From a virus (Duplodnaviria > Caudoviricetes), in IMG/VR virus record IMGVR_UViG_3300036791_001299, positions 1-53,914 of that record: a DNA stretch of 53,914 bases; one strand, 5' to 3'. The translations under genes and the position numbers were made by a program. This document shows positions 8,073 through 19,100 of this stretch, piece by piece; positions within the stretch are counted from its first letter, which is position 1; every line of letters starts with the position of its first letter. A model generated the notes under the pieces. That model worked only from the letters and a program-made list of their open reading frames with translations. It searched no databases and was not told where the DNA came from.

Positions 8073-11000
8073 TTATGCCCAGCCGGTGATAATCCCGCCG
8101 GTGATGGTCACGGTCTGAGTGCCGCTGGGCGTTGTCACCGCCATGGAGGCATTCATCCCGGGAATACTGCGGCAGACAAACCTGCCGCTGGGCGAAGCGG
8201 ATGTGATCGTGATGTTCCCGGCATTAACCGTTATGCTGCCGCAGCCCAGGTTGCCGATGTTGGTCAGATTCTGGTTGATGTCGATCACCTGAATGCCATT
8301 CGAATAGTAGCCGTTGGCGTTGACATAGTTGGCGGCCACTGAAAAGCCGGGCCCGTTGAAACTGGCTGCTCCGAAAAAGGTGGCCCCGCCCGAGCCGACC
8401 GTCAGCGCGGCGAAATTTGCCTGCGAGGAATTATTGATAACCAGCGTGCCGGAAGTGGAGGTGCCGATGGTTACTGAATGGCAGAATACGTTGGCGGCGG
8501 AATCGATGACTGTGCGCAAGGTTCCGCCATGGGTGCCGATCTGAAAGCCGGTGCTCGCGGCGTAGACATTGGCACCCACGTTACCGTCGGGGAAAAACGC
8601 GATAGGGTTGGACATCACGTCGGCGTTCCCGGTATTGGGGAAGATAATAAACGTTCCGTCCGACGCCGAATAGAGCTTGCAGAGGTACTGCGCGGAAGTA
8701 CCCGACCGGAAGTCGATGAACTGCGAGTTTACACCGATGGCGGAAGGACAGCGTCCGATCTGAATGCCGATATCGCAGGACCCGTCCGCGAAATAGATCC
8801 CGCGGCTGAACCAGTTGTGCGAGCTGGCGTAGGCGTCGGGGCCTCCGGTCAGCTGGATGCGGATGGCGTCGACGGGGATGGTAAAGAGGTCGCGGGACGG
8901 CTTGTCGACGGCACTTGGCATGTAGACGCCCAAATTGATTCCGCTGCAATCCGAGCCCGTGTTGTTGAGCTTCATATCGATCTCGCAGCCGATCACCGTG
9001 GAGCGATAATTCTGGCTCGGATCGAAGTTGTCGTAATCGGTAACATACCAGTTCTGCGCCCACGCATAGCCTCCGTCGGTCGCGGACACGGCAAAGAAGG
9101 AGCCCGCCACCGAGGCCTTCTGGCTCTTGTTGACGATGGTCGAGACGATGCCGTCCGTCTCCCAGTTGGTGGTATTAGCCGGTACGATGGTGCCCGCCAT
9201 GAGCGCGGCTTCGCGGCTCACCACGCCAGTCGTCGGGTAGGGATAAACGTGATTCTCGACCACGCGCATGCTGGTGGCTTCCGGGCCCAGCAAAAAGACG
9301 GCGGGCGAAAGGTTGTCCTGGTCGTTCATCGCGCCATCGCTCTGCGCGGTGATGTGGTGGGACTCGATAGGCGCGGTGGTGGAGAGCGATACATTGCCCA
9401 TGGTGATGTCTCCCACCCAGCTGCCGCCGTTGTTGATGATGAGCGTGTCGCCCACGTAATAAGACTGCGCCGAGAAAGACCCATCGCCGCGCGCATACAC
9501 CACGTCGATCCCGGCGACATTCAGCGTGAGGACGCGGCTCGAGACATCCTGGTTGGCGATCCTGACCAGCAGTCCATTCGACTTGGCTAAATCCGCATTG
9601 GAGTTTTCGAGGCCCATCATGTAGCCGGTGGACGCCGCGCTCCAGGTGATGCCGGTGAAGCCGGTGGTGCCGGTGCCTCCCTGGTCCTCGATGTTCTGAT
9701 TTGTATTGCTGAATTTGTCGAATGGCGGGTTGTTGATACTCAGTGACAGCTGGCCAGCAACGAAGGTGTTCCCCTCGAAGTCGATGGAAAATTTCTGCGA
9801 TCCGCTATTCAGAAACGTGGCGTAATTGCCGTCGAATGTCCCGCTGCCATTCTGCATGGCGAGGACCAGACAGTTGCCATGAAAGTCGCTCGTGTCCTGC
9901 GTGAATTGCAGCATGTTGCCCGAGACCCGGACGCTGGTGGCGTAACCGTAGCCGGTGCCAGCCGTCGACGCCGCGCTGTCGTTGATCCGTATTCCGTAGG
10001 CATTGGCTGCCCGGTCGACAGTGAGGCCGGTCCCGTCAATAGTGGCCACCATGGGCGACTGGGAAGTCAGGTTGCCCAGCCAGAAGCGATGAGTCTGCGC
10101 CGTGAAATCGATAGCGTTGCCTGAAGCAAGCGCAAGAGTATTGAAATGATCCGATGAAATGGACCCGGTGAACGTTCCGGCATTGTAAAGGTCGAGATAC
10201 ACGGTACTGCCGGAGCTGGTGTTTTCGAGGACCAGCGCGGGACCGCTCGCACTGGTTTGCGCCACCGTCAGGATGCCGAGACCTTGCGTGGTCCCAATAC
10301 TGGCTTGGCCGCCGACCTCGAAGATGGCCGAGTCGCCGATACTCTTGCCGTCGGGCGTATTGAATTTGGCGACGTAATTTTCAGATCCGGAAACCACGCC
10401 CCCGGAAACAATCTGTCCATTCCACAGTAAGTTGGTTCCGTCGCTGTAGAGGGCATTGACGGTGGTTGCCGGAACGCCAGGATTGATAATCAAGCCGCCA
10501 TCGTTGTTTACCTCCAGGCGCAGCGAGAGCGCCGCCACGGCGTCCGCAGCCCCCTGCGCGGCGGTGTAGAAATTGATCCTGCCTGACGTGTCCTGGTTGA
10601 TCGCCGACGCATAGCCGTTTTCGATGTAGTGATACTGGCTCGCTGCAGGGTCGTAGTAGAGGTTGTTTGCAACGGTCGGGAAGCCTTCATTGCCGGGATC
10701 GAATAGACCCATGACGGAGCCTACCTGCAGCGCAACCTTGGGCACCGCAGTGCCGATCCCGACGTTGCCATTCGAATCCTGGAAGATGGTTGAATCGCCC
10801 AGAACGGTGGTGTCGGTGAAGAATGGAATGTAGCCGGGGGTGCCAGCCATGCCGCCAACCGGCTTGCCATTCCATGTCAGCACGCCGTTGTCGTTATAGA
10901 TCGCGTCGATGACGTTGCCCGGCACGCCGGGCGCGACGTGAATGCCGCCCTGGTTGTCGCTGCCGTCCGGCTGCGTACCCGTGGTGAAGCCGACGTCGAG

Positions 11001-11447
11001 CTGGTTGACCGGCGGATTGTCGGAGCTGTATCCGGCTCCCACGCCCACGTTGCCATTCGGCCCCTGATAGATCACCGATCCGATCAGGGTCGAGCCGTCG
11101 TCCGAATAGATGGGCACCTGCCCGGGAGTGCCGGGAGGAACATTGCCCCCGACCGCGCCGCCCGACTGGCAGAGCGCCGGGGATTCGCCATTCTGCGGGA
11201 TCTTGATCAGCGTCCAGAAGGTGGCATCGTTGAGCATGATTGACTTGGTGCCGTCCGGCAATAGAAAGTCGGTGGTCGAGGGATCGACGCGGATGATGAC
11301 CTTGTGGCCGTCGCCGGTGGTGACACGTTGCAGCTCGAAGGGCGCGTTGGGCGTTTGAGCAAACGGCAGCAGCGTGACGGTGATGTCATCCTGCGAGGTG
11401 TCGAAGCGCAGAAACCGGTCGATCTTGCGAACCGTGTAGCTCGTCAT
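8073..11447 (-). CDS. Tail fibre / receptor-binding protein
   Basis: 1124 aa, G/S/T/N-rich, repeated GNVG(I/V)G motifs, position after the tail tip gene. Confidence 0.8.
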   Translation of the reverse strand: MTSYTVRKIDRFLRFDTSQDDITVTLLPFAQTPNAPFELQRVTTGDGHKVIIRVDPSTTDFLLPDGTKSIMLNDATFWTLIKIPQNGESPALCQSGGAVGGNVPPGTPGQVPIYSDDGSTLIGSVIYQGPNGNVGVGAGYSSDNPPVNQLDVGFTTGTQPDGSDNQGGIHVAPGVPGNVIDAIYNDNGVLTWNGKPVGGMAGTPGYIPFFTDTTVLGDSTIFQDSNGNVGIGTAVPKVALQVGSVMGLFDPGNEGFPTVANNLYYDPAASQYHYIENGYASAINQDTSGRINFYTAAQGAADAVAALSLRLEVNNDGGLIINPGVPATTVNALYSDGTNLLWNGQIVSGGVVSGSENYVAKFNTPDGKSIGDSAIFEVGGQASIGTTQGLGILTVAQTSASGPALVLENTSSGSTVYLDLYNAGTFTGSISSDHFNTLALASGNAIDFTAQTHRFWLGNLTSQSPMVATIDGTGLTVDRAANAYGIRINDSAASTAGTGYGYATSVRVSGNMLQFTQDTSDFHGNCLVLAMQNGSGTFDGNYATFLNSGSQKFSIDFEGNTFVAGQLSLSINNPPFDKFSNTNQNIEDQGGTGTTGFTGITWSAASTGYMMGLENSNADLAKSNGLLVRIANQDVSSRVLTLNVAGIDVVYARGDGSFSAQSYYVGDTLIINNGGSWVGDITMGNVSLSTTAPIESHHITAQSDGAMNDQDNLSPAVFLLGPEATSMRVVENHVYPYPTTGVVSREAALMAGTIVPANTTNWETDGIVSTIVNKSQKASVAGSFFAVSATDGGYAWAQNWYVTDYDNFDPSQNYRSTVIGCEIDMKLNNTGSDCSGINLGVYMPSAVDKPSRDLFTIPVDAIRIQLTGGPDAYASSHNWFSRGIYFADGSCDIGIQIGRCPSAIGVNSQFIDFRSGTSAQYLCKLYSASDGTFIIFPNTGNADVMSNPIAFFPDGNVGANVYAASTGFQIGTHGGTLRTVIDSAANVFCHSVTIGTSTSGTLVINNSSQANFAALTVGSGGATFFGAASFNGPGFSVAANYVNANGYYSNGIQVIDINQNLTNIGNLGCGSITVNAGNITITSASPSGRFVCRSIPGMNASMAVTTPSGTQTVTITGGIITGWA

Positions 11448-14400
11448 GATGCCAGTATCGTATTCCGCCTGAGCGGCGGCGGCACCGTCGTCACATTGGT
11501 CGTCCCCTGCACGCCGGGGATATAGAGCATGCGGACCAGTGCGTTGGTGTCGTCCACGATATCGCCCTGGCTGGCAATGGTCACGCCTTCGCAGAGCAGC
11601 TGCGTCTGCAGATAATTGTTGATCGGGATCTCGGATAGCGTGGTCCGTAATGCATCCACATTGTCCACGATTACGTCCTTCGAGTAGGCCCAGCCGGGAT
11701 CGGTCACCACCCAGACTGAGGTCGCGTCGATCACCAGAGCACGGTCGAGCGTATAACTGGTCTCGTCGTTGTCGACGATCTTGGCGGAAAGCCCGCGCCC
11801 GGTGCCCGCGATAATGCGCACCATCTGGCCGATGCGGCTGGGATCATGCGGCGTCTCGGCGCTATGCGGCGGAGTGTTGTTGGCGTTGGCGAGGCCGGGG
11901 TCGCCGATGACGGTAGGCGTCGCGCTGTTGTCGTAGCCCTTGAAGCAGATCACAAACGTGTCGCCGACATTCACCTGCCCCTCGGCGATGGGATCGCGGT
12001 CGAGCGTGTACTCGCCGGTGGATGCGTCCCAGCCAGCTACATTGAAGTGCTGGAACCGCGTGACACCATCCGTCATCTGTCTGCCGATGATGGCGAGCAC
12101 GCGCCCGGTCCAGTTGTCGGTGCCCGCGACATCGATAGTGTCCCAGCTGGTAATGCTGTTGTGTGAAATGTCCTGTACCGCAGCGCCCAGCACGCCGCCG
12201 TGGATCATGCGCGTGGCGCGCAGACGGAGGATATGGACATCGTGGTCGGGCACCGCATAGGTCTGCCGCAGAAGCGGTCCGTTGAACGTGATGGAAGCGG
12301 GTGATCCGGTGCCGGTGGCTTGCTGGCAGATCAGATCCTCGGTGGTGCCCGCGAATAGCGCCCAGCCGGTCAGGCCGGTGACCGGCGGCCAGTGGATGTT
12401 GTTGATGGTGATCGAGTGCGAGTTGCCGTCCGGCGGCACCTGCAGCACCAGGATCTCGGACGGCGGACTGTAGCTGACGCTGCCGGTGGTGCTGTTGGTG
12501 ATGGCCGCGCAGATCTGGACGTACATCGTGGTGCCGCCCGGGATCGAGCCGCCAGGAGCCCAGCTGACGCCGCCCTTTTTGATATCGGGCGATCCGCAGT
12601 TGGGAATGAATTGATTGACCGGCAATGCTCCGCCGAGCCACGCCGAGGTCAGCAGACTGCCATCCCCGGCGTGGTCGAAACTCTGCGACAGACTGAAGCT
12701 CCACTCCGCCGGATAGAGCGCATCGTATTGATCCGCCTGCACCTGATGCGGAGCCCACTGGCCCAGCGGCTCCGGGAAAAAGAGCACCGGCATGGGACGC
12801 GGGTTTGCGCCGGACACGGGAACGTTGCCGGACTCGAGATCGTACATCGAGTCAACGCAGGAGTCGGCGACAATCGTCACAGACCAGTCGGAGTGCAGCA
12901 TCCATTTCTTGATCCGGAAGGGCCATGTGTTTGCCGGGAAGGGCCCGTTGCTGCCCGCCTTCGCGCTCTTCGCGGCACCGGGATAGGTCGGCATATCCGG
13001 ATGGGTGATGGCGATCACCTGACCGATCTCGGTGTTGAGTGCGAGCAGGGTTGTTTTGAAAGTCGCGCGCTTATTGTTGTCCCACTCGATGTAGGGGTTG
13101 GCCGTAACATCGGGGCGCAGCACGCCGCCGGTCTCCTCGCGCACGCGCGAGACCGCCACGCGCAGTCCCTGGGACAGCGTCGAGATGCCCACCGACTTCA
13201 TGGAGCTGGTCAGCGGCGCGCCGCCGCGTCCGTAATAGATGGCGTGATCCTTGTCCTGGTACTCGGCCATGTCGGCCTGGAATTGCAGCTCGACGTTGGC
13301 AAAGTTGACCTTCAAATACTCGAATTGCGCCGTGATGGGTGTCAGCGACAGCGACTGGTAGAGCATCGATCCGAGCGAGAAATTGTCGGTCGGAATGGCG
13401 TTGTAGCGAATGCCCAGGTTGAGCTTCCCGAATTCGAAACAGAAGTAGCCCAGCGAGCAGTTGAGGATCTCGGTCAGCCAGTCGCGAAACGGCTTGAACT
13501 CGCCGATGGCACCCTGGAACATAAACTGCGGTTCCTGGCCGGACGTGCTGATGGTGGCGATATAGCCCTGCTGAACCGCGGCCTCGATGGTGATGGTGTG
13601 GATGGGGCCGGTCGGCGGACCGGTCTGCCAAGTGAACGTGTCGTTGTAGTAGTCGAGGTTGGCACCGTACAAGGCCTTGCCGGTGGCCGTCATGACATAA
13701 CCAGGGATCACGCTGCCGATGACCGGGTTCACCCACAACGCGGCGATATCGGCGCATCCCGTGCCCGCCGTATTGGTTAAACTGTCGAGCACGATGGCGG
13801 ACAGCTGCGTAGCGGCATCGGCGAATTGAATACCGAGCGCCCTGAAATAGGAATTCACCGCCACCCAGAACGGGTTGATGCATCCCGGAGCGGAACTGCG
13901 CACGCCGTTGACATCGAATATGCTGGCCGTCAGTCCTTCGCGGATGGGCACCTGCATATTGTGCGATTCGGCGGTAGTCGGGGAGACGCCGGTGCCCCCC
14001 GATTTCGAGTAGCGGATCTCGCAAAGCGCCGTGCCTGCGGCATAGGGGATGATCTGGTTGGCGATCCCGATATTGGTAAACTTCGGATCATGTTCAGCCC
14101 ATACCTGAGGATCTCCCTGACCCAATGAAAAAGCGTCCTGGCCCTGCTGTGGCGACGTACTGCGCGCCACCGGATCGTTACCGACTGACCATCGCAAACC
14201 AGCGGTGTTGATGCTCGTGATATTGAGGTTGCTGTCGAGTTGCAACCCCTGCGGGAAAAAACCGTCAGCGATAGGCGAAACGACAAATTTATAGCCGTCG
14301 GAATTGGTCTGGATGCTCATGCCCTCGAATTGAGCAATGGGACCCGCTCCCACGATGCCCAGGACGTCCATGAACGTCGACTCGTCGCGCACGGCAACGA

Positions 14401-15724
14401 TCATGCCCGTCGCCCAAAAAGCCCGCTGCGGGTTGCCCAGCGAATTGCACCAGATCTCCTGCAGCGGACTGCCCCAGATGCTGTCGCTCAGAATGGAGGT
14501 CGCGAATACGGTCGTCTGGTTCCAGAAGGAACTGGCACCCAGGTCTTTGATCAGCACGGTCTGCGGTTGCGCCGGATGACCGCCGAAGTAGTTGCTCATG
14601 CCATGCGCGAGACAGCCATTGGTTGAGTCGAAATTGTAATCGCAGCTGAGGGGATCGCCGCCTTGCGGATTGAAGTGCTGCGTGGTGTAGGGGCAAGGCC
14701 GGTATCCCGGCAGAACGTCTTTATCAAACGGCTTCCAGCATTGCCTCGAGACCGTGCGCGGCGGATAGGACTGCGTTACCGGATACATGCCGTCCGAGCA
14801 CTGCACGCTCATCTGGGGGGTGCCGTCGATCTGCCAGGAGATAATCACACCTTTCCACATCTGGATCAGATAGCCGGACTGGACGTGGAATAAACTCAGG
14901 TCGATCTCCGCGAATTCGAGCGAGCAGTCGTTGATCAGCGCGGTCATGGCGCGGTCCGCGTTGCCGAAGGTGAAGCGCACGTTGTCGGAGCGGCCATCGA
15001 TGGACTGCGACAGGATGACATCGGAACTGCCCGGCTGGCCGATACCGACGACCCGCGGCAGAAACGTGGTAGCGCCAGACGTGCCCGGGAAGCCGGTCAC
15101 ACTGCAACGCCGGTCGGAGAAGTAAATGTCCGGCACTGCGGCATTGCGCACCTTGATGTGCAACAGCGGCACGATGGTCTGCACCTGATTGGCGAGCTGT
15201 TGCAGTACGGCATCTGGCGGGAAGCGGGTGACGGTAGCGCCGATGGCATAGGTGGGCGCGGCAGCGGGATCGATGACCTCGACGAACGTGATGCCGGTCT
15301 GCACACGGTTAGCCAGCTCTGTCGCGGAAAGTGGCGCAAGATCGAAGATCACCTGATAGTTGGTGAAGCCCACGGGCCATTGTCCGGCTGGCATCTGTGT
15401 GATGTCGTCATTCGGCACCGGATAGGTGAACGACTGAAACGACCCCTGTACCGAGTCGTAAAAGCTATTGAGGTAGCGCCGGTCGGCGTAGGTCAGACTG
15501 GACTTGATGAACTGGAAACGCCGCGCGCCGGAGCCTACCACATAGCGCTGGATGCCCATGGTCGCCAGATCGCCGAACCGGTGCTCGACAATTTTCCAGT
15601 CCTGCGTCATCCCGTAGCCGTACTCGGAGACGAGAGTAAACGTGAGACCGCTGCGCACCGGCACCGGCACGTTAATGCGGCCAATGGTGTCCGCCGTTTT
15701 TGTGTCGCCTTGCTTAACCATCAA
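11444..15724 (-). CDS. Tail tip / host-specificity protein (gpJ-like multidomain hub)
   Basis: 1426 aa after the tape measure and distal tail genes; Cys cluster (CWKPF...CPY...CDY...GC) like gpL/hub proteins. Confidence 0.7.
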   Translation of the reverse strand: MMVKQGDTKTADTIGRINVPVPVRSGLTFTLVSEYGYGMTQDWKIVEHRFGDLATMGIQRYVVGSGARRFQFIKSSLTYADRRYLNSFYDSVQGSFQSFTYPVPNDDITQMPAGQWPVGFTNYQVIFDLAPLSATELANRVQTGITFVEVIDPAAAPTYAIGATVTRFPPDAVLQQLANQVQTIVPLLHIKVRNAAVPDIYFSDRRCSVTGFPGTSGATTFLPRVVGIGQPGSSDVILSQSIDGRSDNVRFTFGNADRAMTALINDCSLEFAEIDLSLFHVQSGYLIQMWKGVIISWQIDGTPQMSVQCSDGMYPVTQSYPPRTVSRQCWKPFDKDVLPGYRPCPYTTQHFNPQGGDPLSCDYNFDSTNGCLAHGMSNYFGGHPAQPQTVLIKDLGASSFWNQTTVFATSILSDSIWGSPLQEIWCNSLGNPQRAFWATGMIVAVRDESTFMDVLGIVGAGPIAQFEGMSIQTNSDGYKFVVSPIADGFFPQGLQLDSNLNITSINTAGLRWSVGNDPVARSTSPQQGQDAFSLGQGDPQVWAEHDPKFTNIGIANQIIPYAAGTALCEIRYSKSGGTGVSPTTAESHNMQVPIREGLTASIFDVNGVRSSAPGCINPFWVAVNSYFRALGIQFADAATQLSAIVLDSLTNTAGTGCADIAALWVNPVIGSVIPGYVMTATGKALYGANLDYYNDTFTWQTGPPTGPIHTITIEAAVQQGYIATISTSGQEPQFMFQGAIGEFKPFRDWLTEILNCSLGYFCFEFGKLNLGIRYNAIPTDNFSLGSMLYQSLSLTPITAQFEYLKVNFANVELQFQADMAEYQDKDHAIYYGRGGAPLTSSMKSVGISTLSQGLRVAVSRVREETGGVLRPDVTANPYIEWDNNKRATFKTTLLALNTEIGQVIAITHPDMPTYPGAAKSAKAGSNGPFPANTWPFRIKKWMLHSDWSVTIVADSCVDSMYDLESGNVPVSGANPRPMPVLFFPEPLGQWAPHQVQADQYDALYPAEWSFSLSQSFDHAGDGSLLTSAWLGGALPVNQFIPNCGSPDIKKGGVSWAPGGSIPGGTTMYVQICAAITNSTTGSVSYSPPSEILVLQVPPDGNSHSITINNIHWPPVTGLTGWALFAGTTEDLICQQATGTGSPASITFNGPLLRQTYAVPDHDVHILRLRATRMIHGGVLGAAVQDISHNSITSWDTIDVAGTDNWTGRVLAIIGRQMTDGVTRFQHFNVAGWDASTGEYTLDRDPIAEGQVNVGDTFVICFKGYDNSATPTVIGDPGLANANNTPPHSAETPHDPSRIGQMVRIIAGTGRGLSAKIVDNDETSYTLDRALVIDATSVWVVTDPGWAYSKDVIVDNVDALRTTLSEIPINNYLQTQLLCEGVTIASQGDIVDDTNALVRMLYIPGVQGTTNVTTVPPPLRRNTILAS

Positions 15725-16155
15725 GCCACCTCGATCAGCGTTATATTGGGCACCACGTTGCGCCCGGGCCCCACTGTATGGGACCAGTTGCCGCGGAAGA
15801 ATACCGTGGCGCGGCCTTGCGCATTGCCGCCGGTCGGGTCGTAGTTACTGCCGTGCTTCTGCCCGGGCAGCACATCGGTCGGATCGTAGAAAAAAAACGG
15901 CTCCTGGCCGCCGTGCGCAATCACCCGCCACATTTTCAGCAGCTGCGAGAATTGCCACGTGTTGAGCCGGTGCGAGAGTACCCAGGTGCGCATGGCTCGC
16001 GGCGGATTCACGCCATCCTGTACCAGCGAGCGCTCGATAGTGCCGTCGTTATATTCGATGGTGAGGAGCGGATAGATGCGCGTCAGCACAAATGACGTGC
16101 TCAGTACCGGGTCGATCACTGCCGTCGGGTTCGCGGGATTGAGGTTATAGGGCAT
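15721..16155 (-). CDS. Distal/minor tail protein (gpM-like)
   Basis: Directly after the tape measure; GGQEPFFFYDP motif. Confidence 0.6.
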   Translation of the reverse strand: MPYNLNPANPTAVIDPVLSTSFVLTRIYPLLTIEYNDGTIERSLVQDGVNPPRAMRTWVLSHRLNTWQFSQLLKMWRVIAHGGQEPFFFYDPTDVLPGQKHGSNYDPTGGNAQGRATVFFRGNWSHTVGPGRNVVPNITLIEVA

Positions 16156-16156
16156 A

Positions 16157-19100
16157 TTATCCGCTGATGGTACCGGGCTCGTTGAGCATGAGCGCTTGAT
16201 TGACTCTGCCGTTCGACGCATACATGGCGTTTGCGTACTGCGTCGAGACGACGTCCGGAGTGACCACCTGCCCGGTCATGAATCTGGCCGCATCCTGGCC
16301 GCCGACATTGAGCGAGAGCGAGAGCGGCATATTGCCGCCGGGATTGGCGAGCTGCGTGGTGGAAGCGCCGCCGTAGACCGGCAGATTGGAGCTGTAGCTA
16401 TAGCCCTGGCCGTACTGATACGTGGCCTGCTGATACATTCTGCCGCCGGACTCGACCAGAGACGCGCCATGAGCTTCGTTGGCGCTCTGCTTGAAGAGGC
16501 TGCCCTGCCCGGTGCCCGCCGCATAGAGACCCAGCATGTGGCGCACCTCGGGCGAGCGCACCGCGAGCGAGACATGCCCGGCATAGCTCTGCTTCGCCAT
16601 GGCGACGATCTGATCGGCGACCCCGTTGTCAATGTGAATGCCGTAAACCTGCTGCACGAGACGGATGGCTTCATGGCGCGGCGACTCCGCGCCGGTGAGC
16701 ACCTCAAGGCCGCCCGCCAGTGCTCCAGCCGCAGCGCCAATGCCTGCGCCGATAGCCGTACCGACGCCCGGCATGATCATGGTGCCGATCCCGGCCCCGG
16801 TTAGCGCTCCGCCGCCCATCGACTCAAAGAAACCGCCTGCGGTGCCTCGGCGCTGTCCCGCGAGACCCGCCATACCGAGCATCAACCCCGTGGATAATTC
16901 GGCTTGCCCGGCAGCTTTGCTGGTCAATGCCCCAGCTAGTTTGCCACCGGTCGCCAATTCCACTAAACCCGGCGGCAGTTTAACCGGCGAAACCGGTAAG
17001 CCATCCGCACCGATCATTCCACCACCGCCGCCGCCGCCGCCACCACCCGCAGGTCGCCCGAATCCCCGCAGGATGCCTCCTATAAGGCCGCCGCCACCAC
17101 CCGCAGGCTGCCCGAATCCCCGCAGGATGCCTCCTATAAGGCCGCCACCGCCACCGCCTCCGCTATACCCCATGGAGCCTCCGCCGCCGGGCGATGCGAT
17201 GGATGCTGTCCCGAAGCCCGGGAAGATGCTGCCCGCGCCATAGTATCCGGTGCCGGATTCCGCCGGTGCCGTAGCGCCTCCGCCACCGCCGCCGTAAAGC
17301 AGACCTGTCGGTAACGAAATACCGCTACGAAGGACTCCGCCGCCGATAGTGCCGCCACCACTGCCAAACAAAGTAGCCAAGGCTCCGCCACCACCGCCAC
17401 CGAACAGATGAGGCGCAAAAGCCGAAAGGGGGCCGCCCCCGCCACCACCAACTCCGCCAGCTCCACCTGCGGAAACGCCGGTCACGTGTACCGGAACAGA
17501 ACCCTCTGATGTCAATTTCACGTCCGCCAGCTTCCCGTGGAATCCGCCGAACATGCCGTGGAGCATGCCCGCGATACCGCCGGTGCCCTCCGCGCCGAAA
17601 ATAGTGGGCCGCATCAACTGTGCCGCGGTTTCACTCAACCCGCCGATAATCGGCCTCATGGTGGCTTGCCTGACGGTCTGCCCCAGCTGCGAACCAAACT
17701 TGCCGGGGTGTGTGAAGAGCGTCTCGAATAGCGGTTCCAGGGTCTTGGCAATTTCCTCAGTCTGCTGCTTCTGCATTTCCATCAGTTTGACCGTGCTATC
17801 CCAATGCGCGTCGTCGATCTGCCGCTGATATTCGCCCTGCGCTTTGACACCTTCGATCTCGAGTTTATTCAGATCGATGGCTCTTTTTTCCTTGTCAGCG
17901 GTCTGCTGTTTGCTTACCCTGTAGGTTTCTTCGACCAGAATTTTCTGTTCCGCCAGTTGCTGTTGAGTTTCCGCGCGGCCCATTCCGGCTTCCTGGATAC
18001 GCAAGCCTTCGATGCCAGCAAGGGTACCGGGCCGTCCGCTCTTGAGGCCCTCGGCCTGGAGCATTTCAATCTGCCGGTGCAGCATGTCACGCTTGCGCCT
18101 GCGGCCTTCGGAAAACACTGCCTGATCCAGTTGACGCTCCCGGTCCTTCGCCGCCTGCGCGGCGTTTTTGGCCTGATCGTCGCGCTTGGCTTCGAGCGCA
18201 CTCTGCTCTGTGGTTGCTTTGGTCCTGTCTTCGGCAATGCGGCGTTCCAGTTCACGCTGGGCCTTGGCTTGCGCTTCCTCGATGGTGGCTGCATCCATTT
18301 TGGCCTTCTTCATCTCCTCGATACGGCCCATCTCATCGCGGTAGGCCATGGTCGCGAGGACTACTTGGTTGCGGTACTCGGCCTGGATGTCGACCTCGCT
18401 GTACTCCTCGCCAGCAGCCTTTCGTTTGGCCTGGAAGATGGCGTAGCTGGAACGGATAGCGCTCTCATCCCGTGAGCGCTGCGTTTCATCCCGGGTCGCC
18501 GCCCGCATCTGCGCCTGCTTCTGGTTGAAGGCTTCGATATTGGCAGCCTGGATCTGATCGATGATCGCGATGTTTTGCCGGTGGTTTCGCAGGATGGCGG
18601 GATGCTCTTTCTCTTCTTCGCGGAGCAGCCGGATGCGTTCGGTATGTGCGGCATTGATTTTGTCCATGCCGTACAACTCTTTTTCCTGCGCTTTCGCCAG
18701 TTCCTCCCGCAGGCGATTGGTGTAGGCCAGCGCTTCGTTCAGGTCCTTGAGACCGGCTTTTTGGGCATTGAGTATGTCGTTTTTCGCCTGATCTTTGGAC
18801 CCCTTCGTTATCTTTGTCTGCAGATCGGTTGACTTTTCGATATATTCGATCTCGGCGTAGCGCGCATCGATATCCTGCTGCCGGATGATTTCGCCATGGA
18901 TTGGCGTAATCCCTGGCGGAAGCGTCATGCCCCGGGTGTCGGTAACGTCTCCCGGCATACCTGTGCGCGGGCCCTTTGCCCGACGCCAAAAGCCTGTCAT
19001 CTCCTCGCCGGTTTTTCCCTCAAAGGGGTCTCCTAGCTGAGCCGCCCGCCAGAATGCAAGATTGTGTGCTTCGGCTTCCCGCTGGTCAATGACTCGCTGT

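Noticed and set aside
17040-17147. 54-bp tandem duplication in the tape measure gene
   Set aside because: Ordinary in-frame Gly-rich repeat expansion
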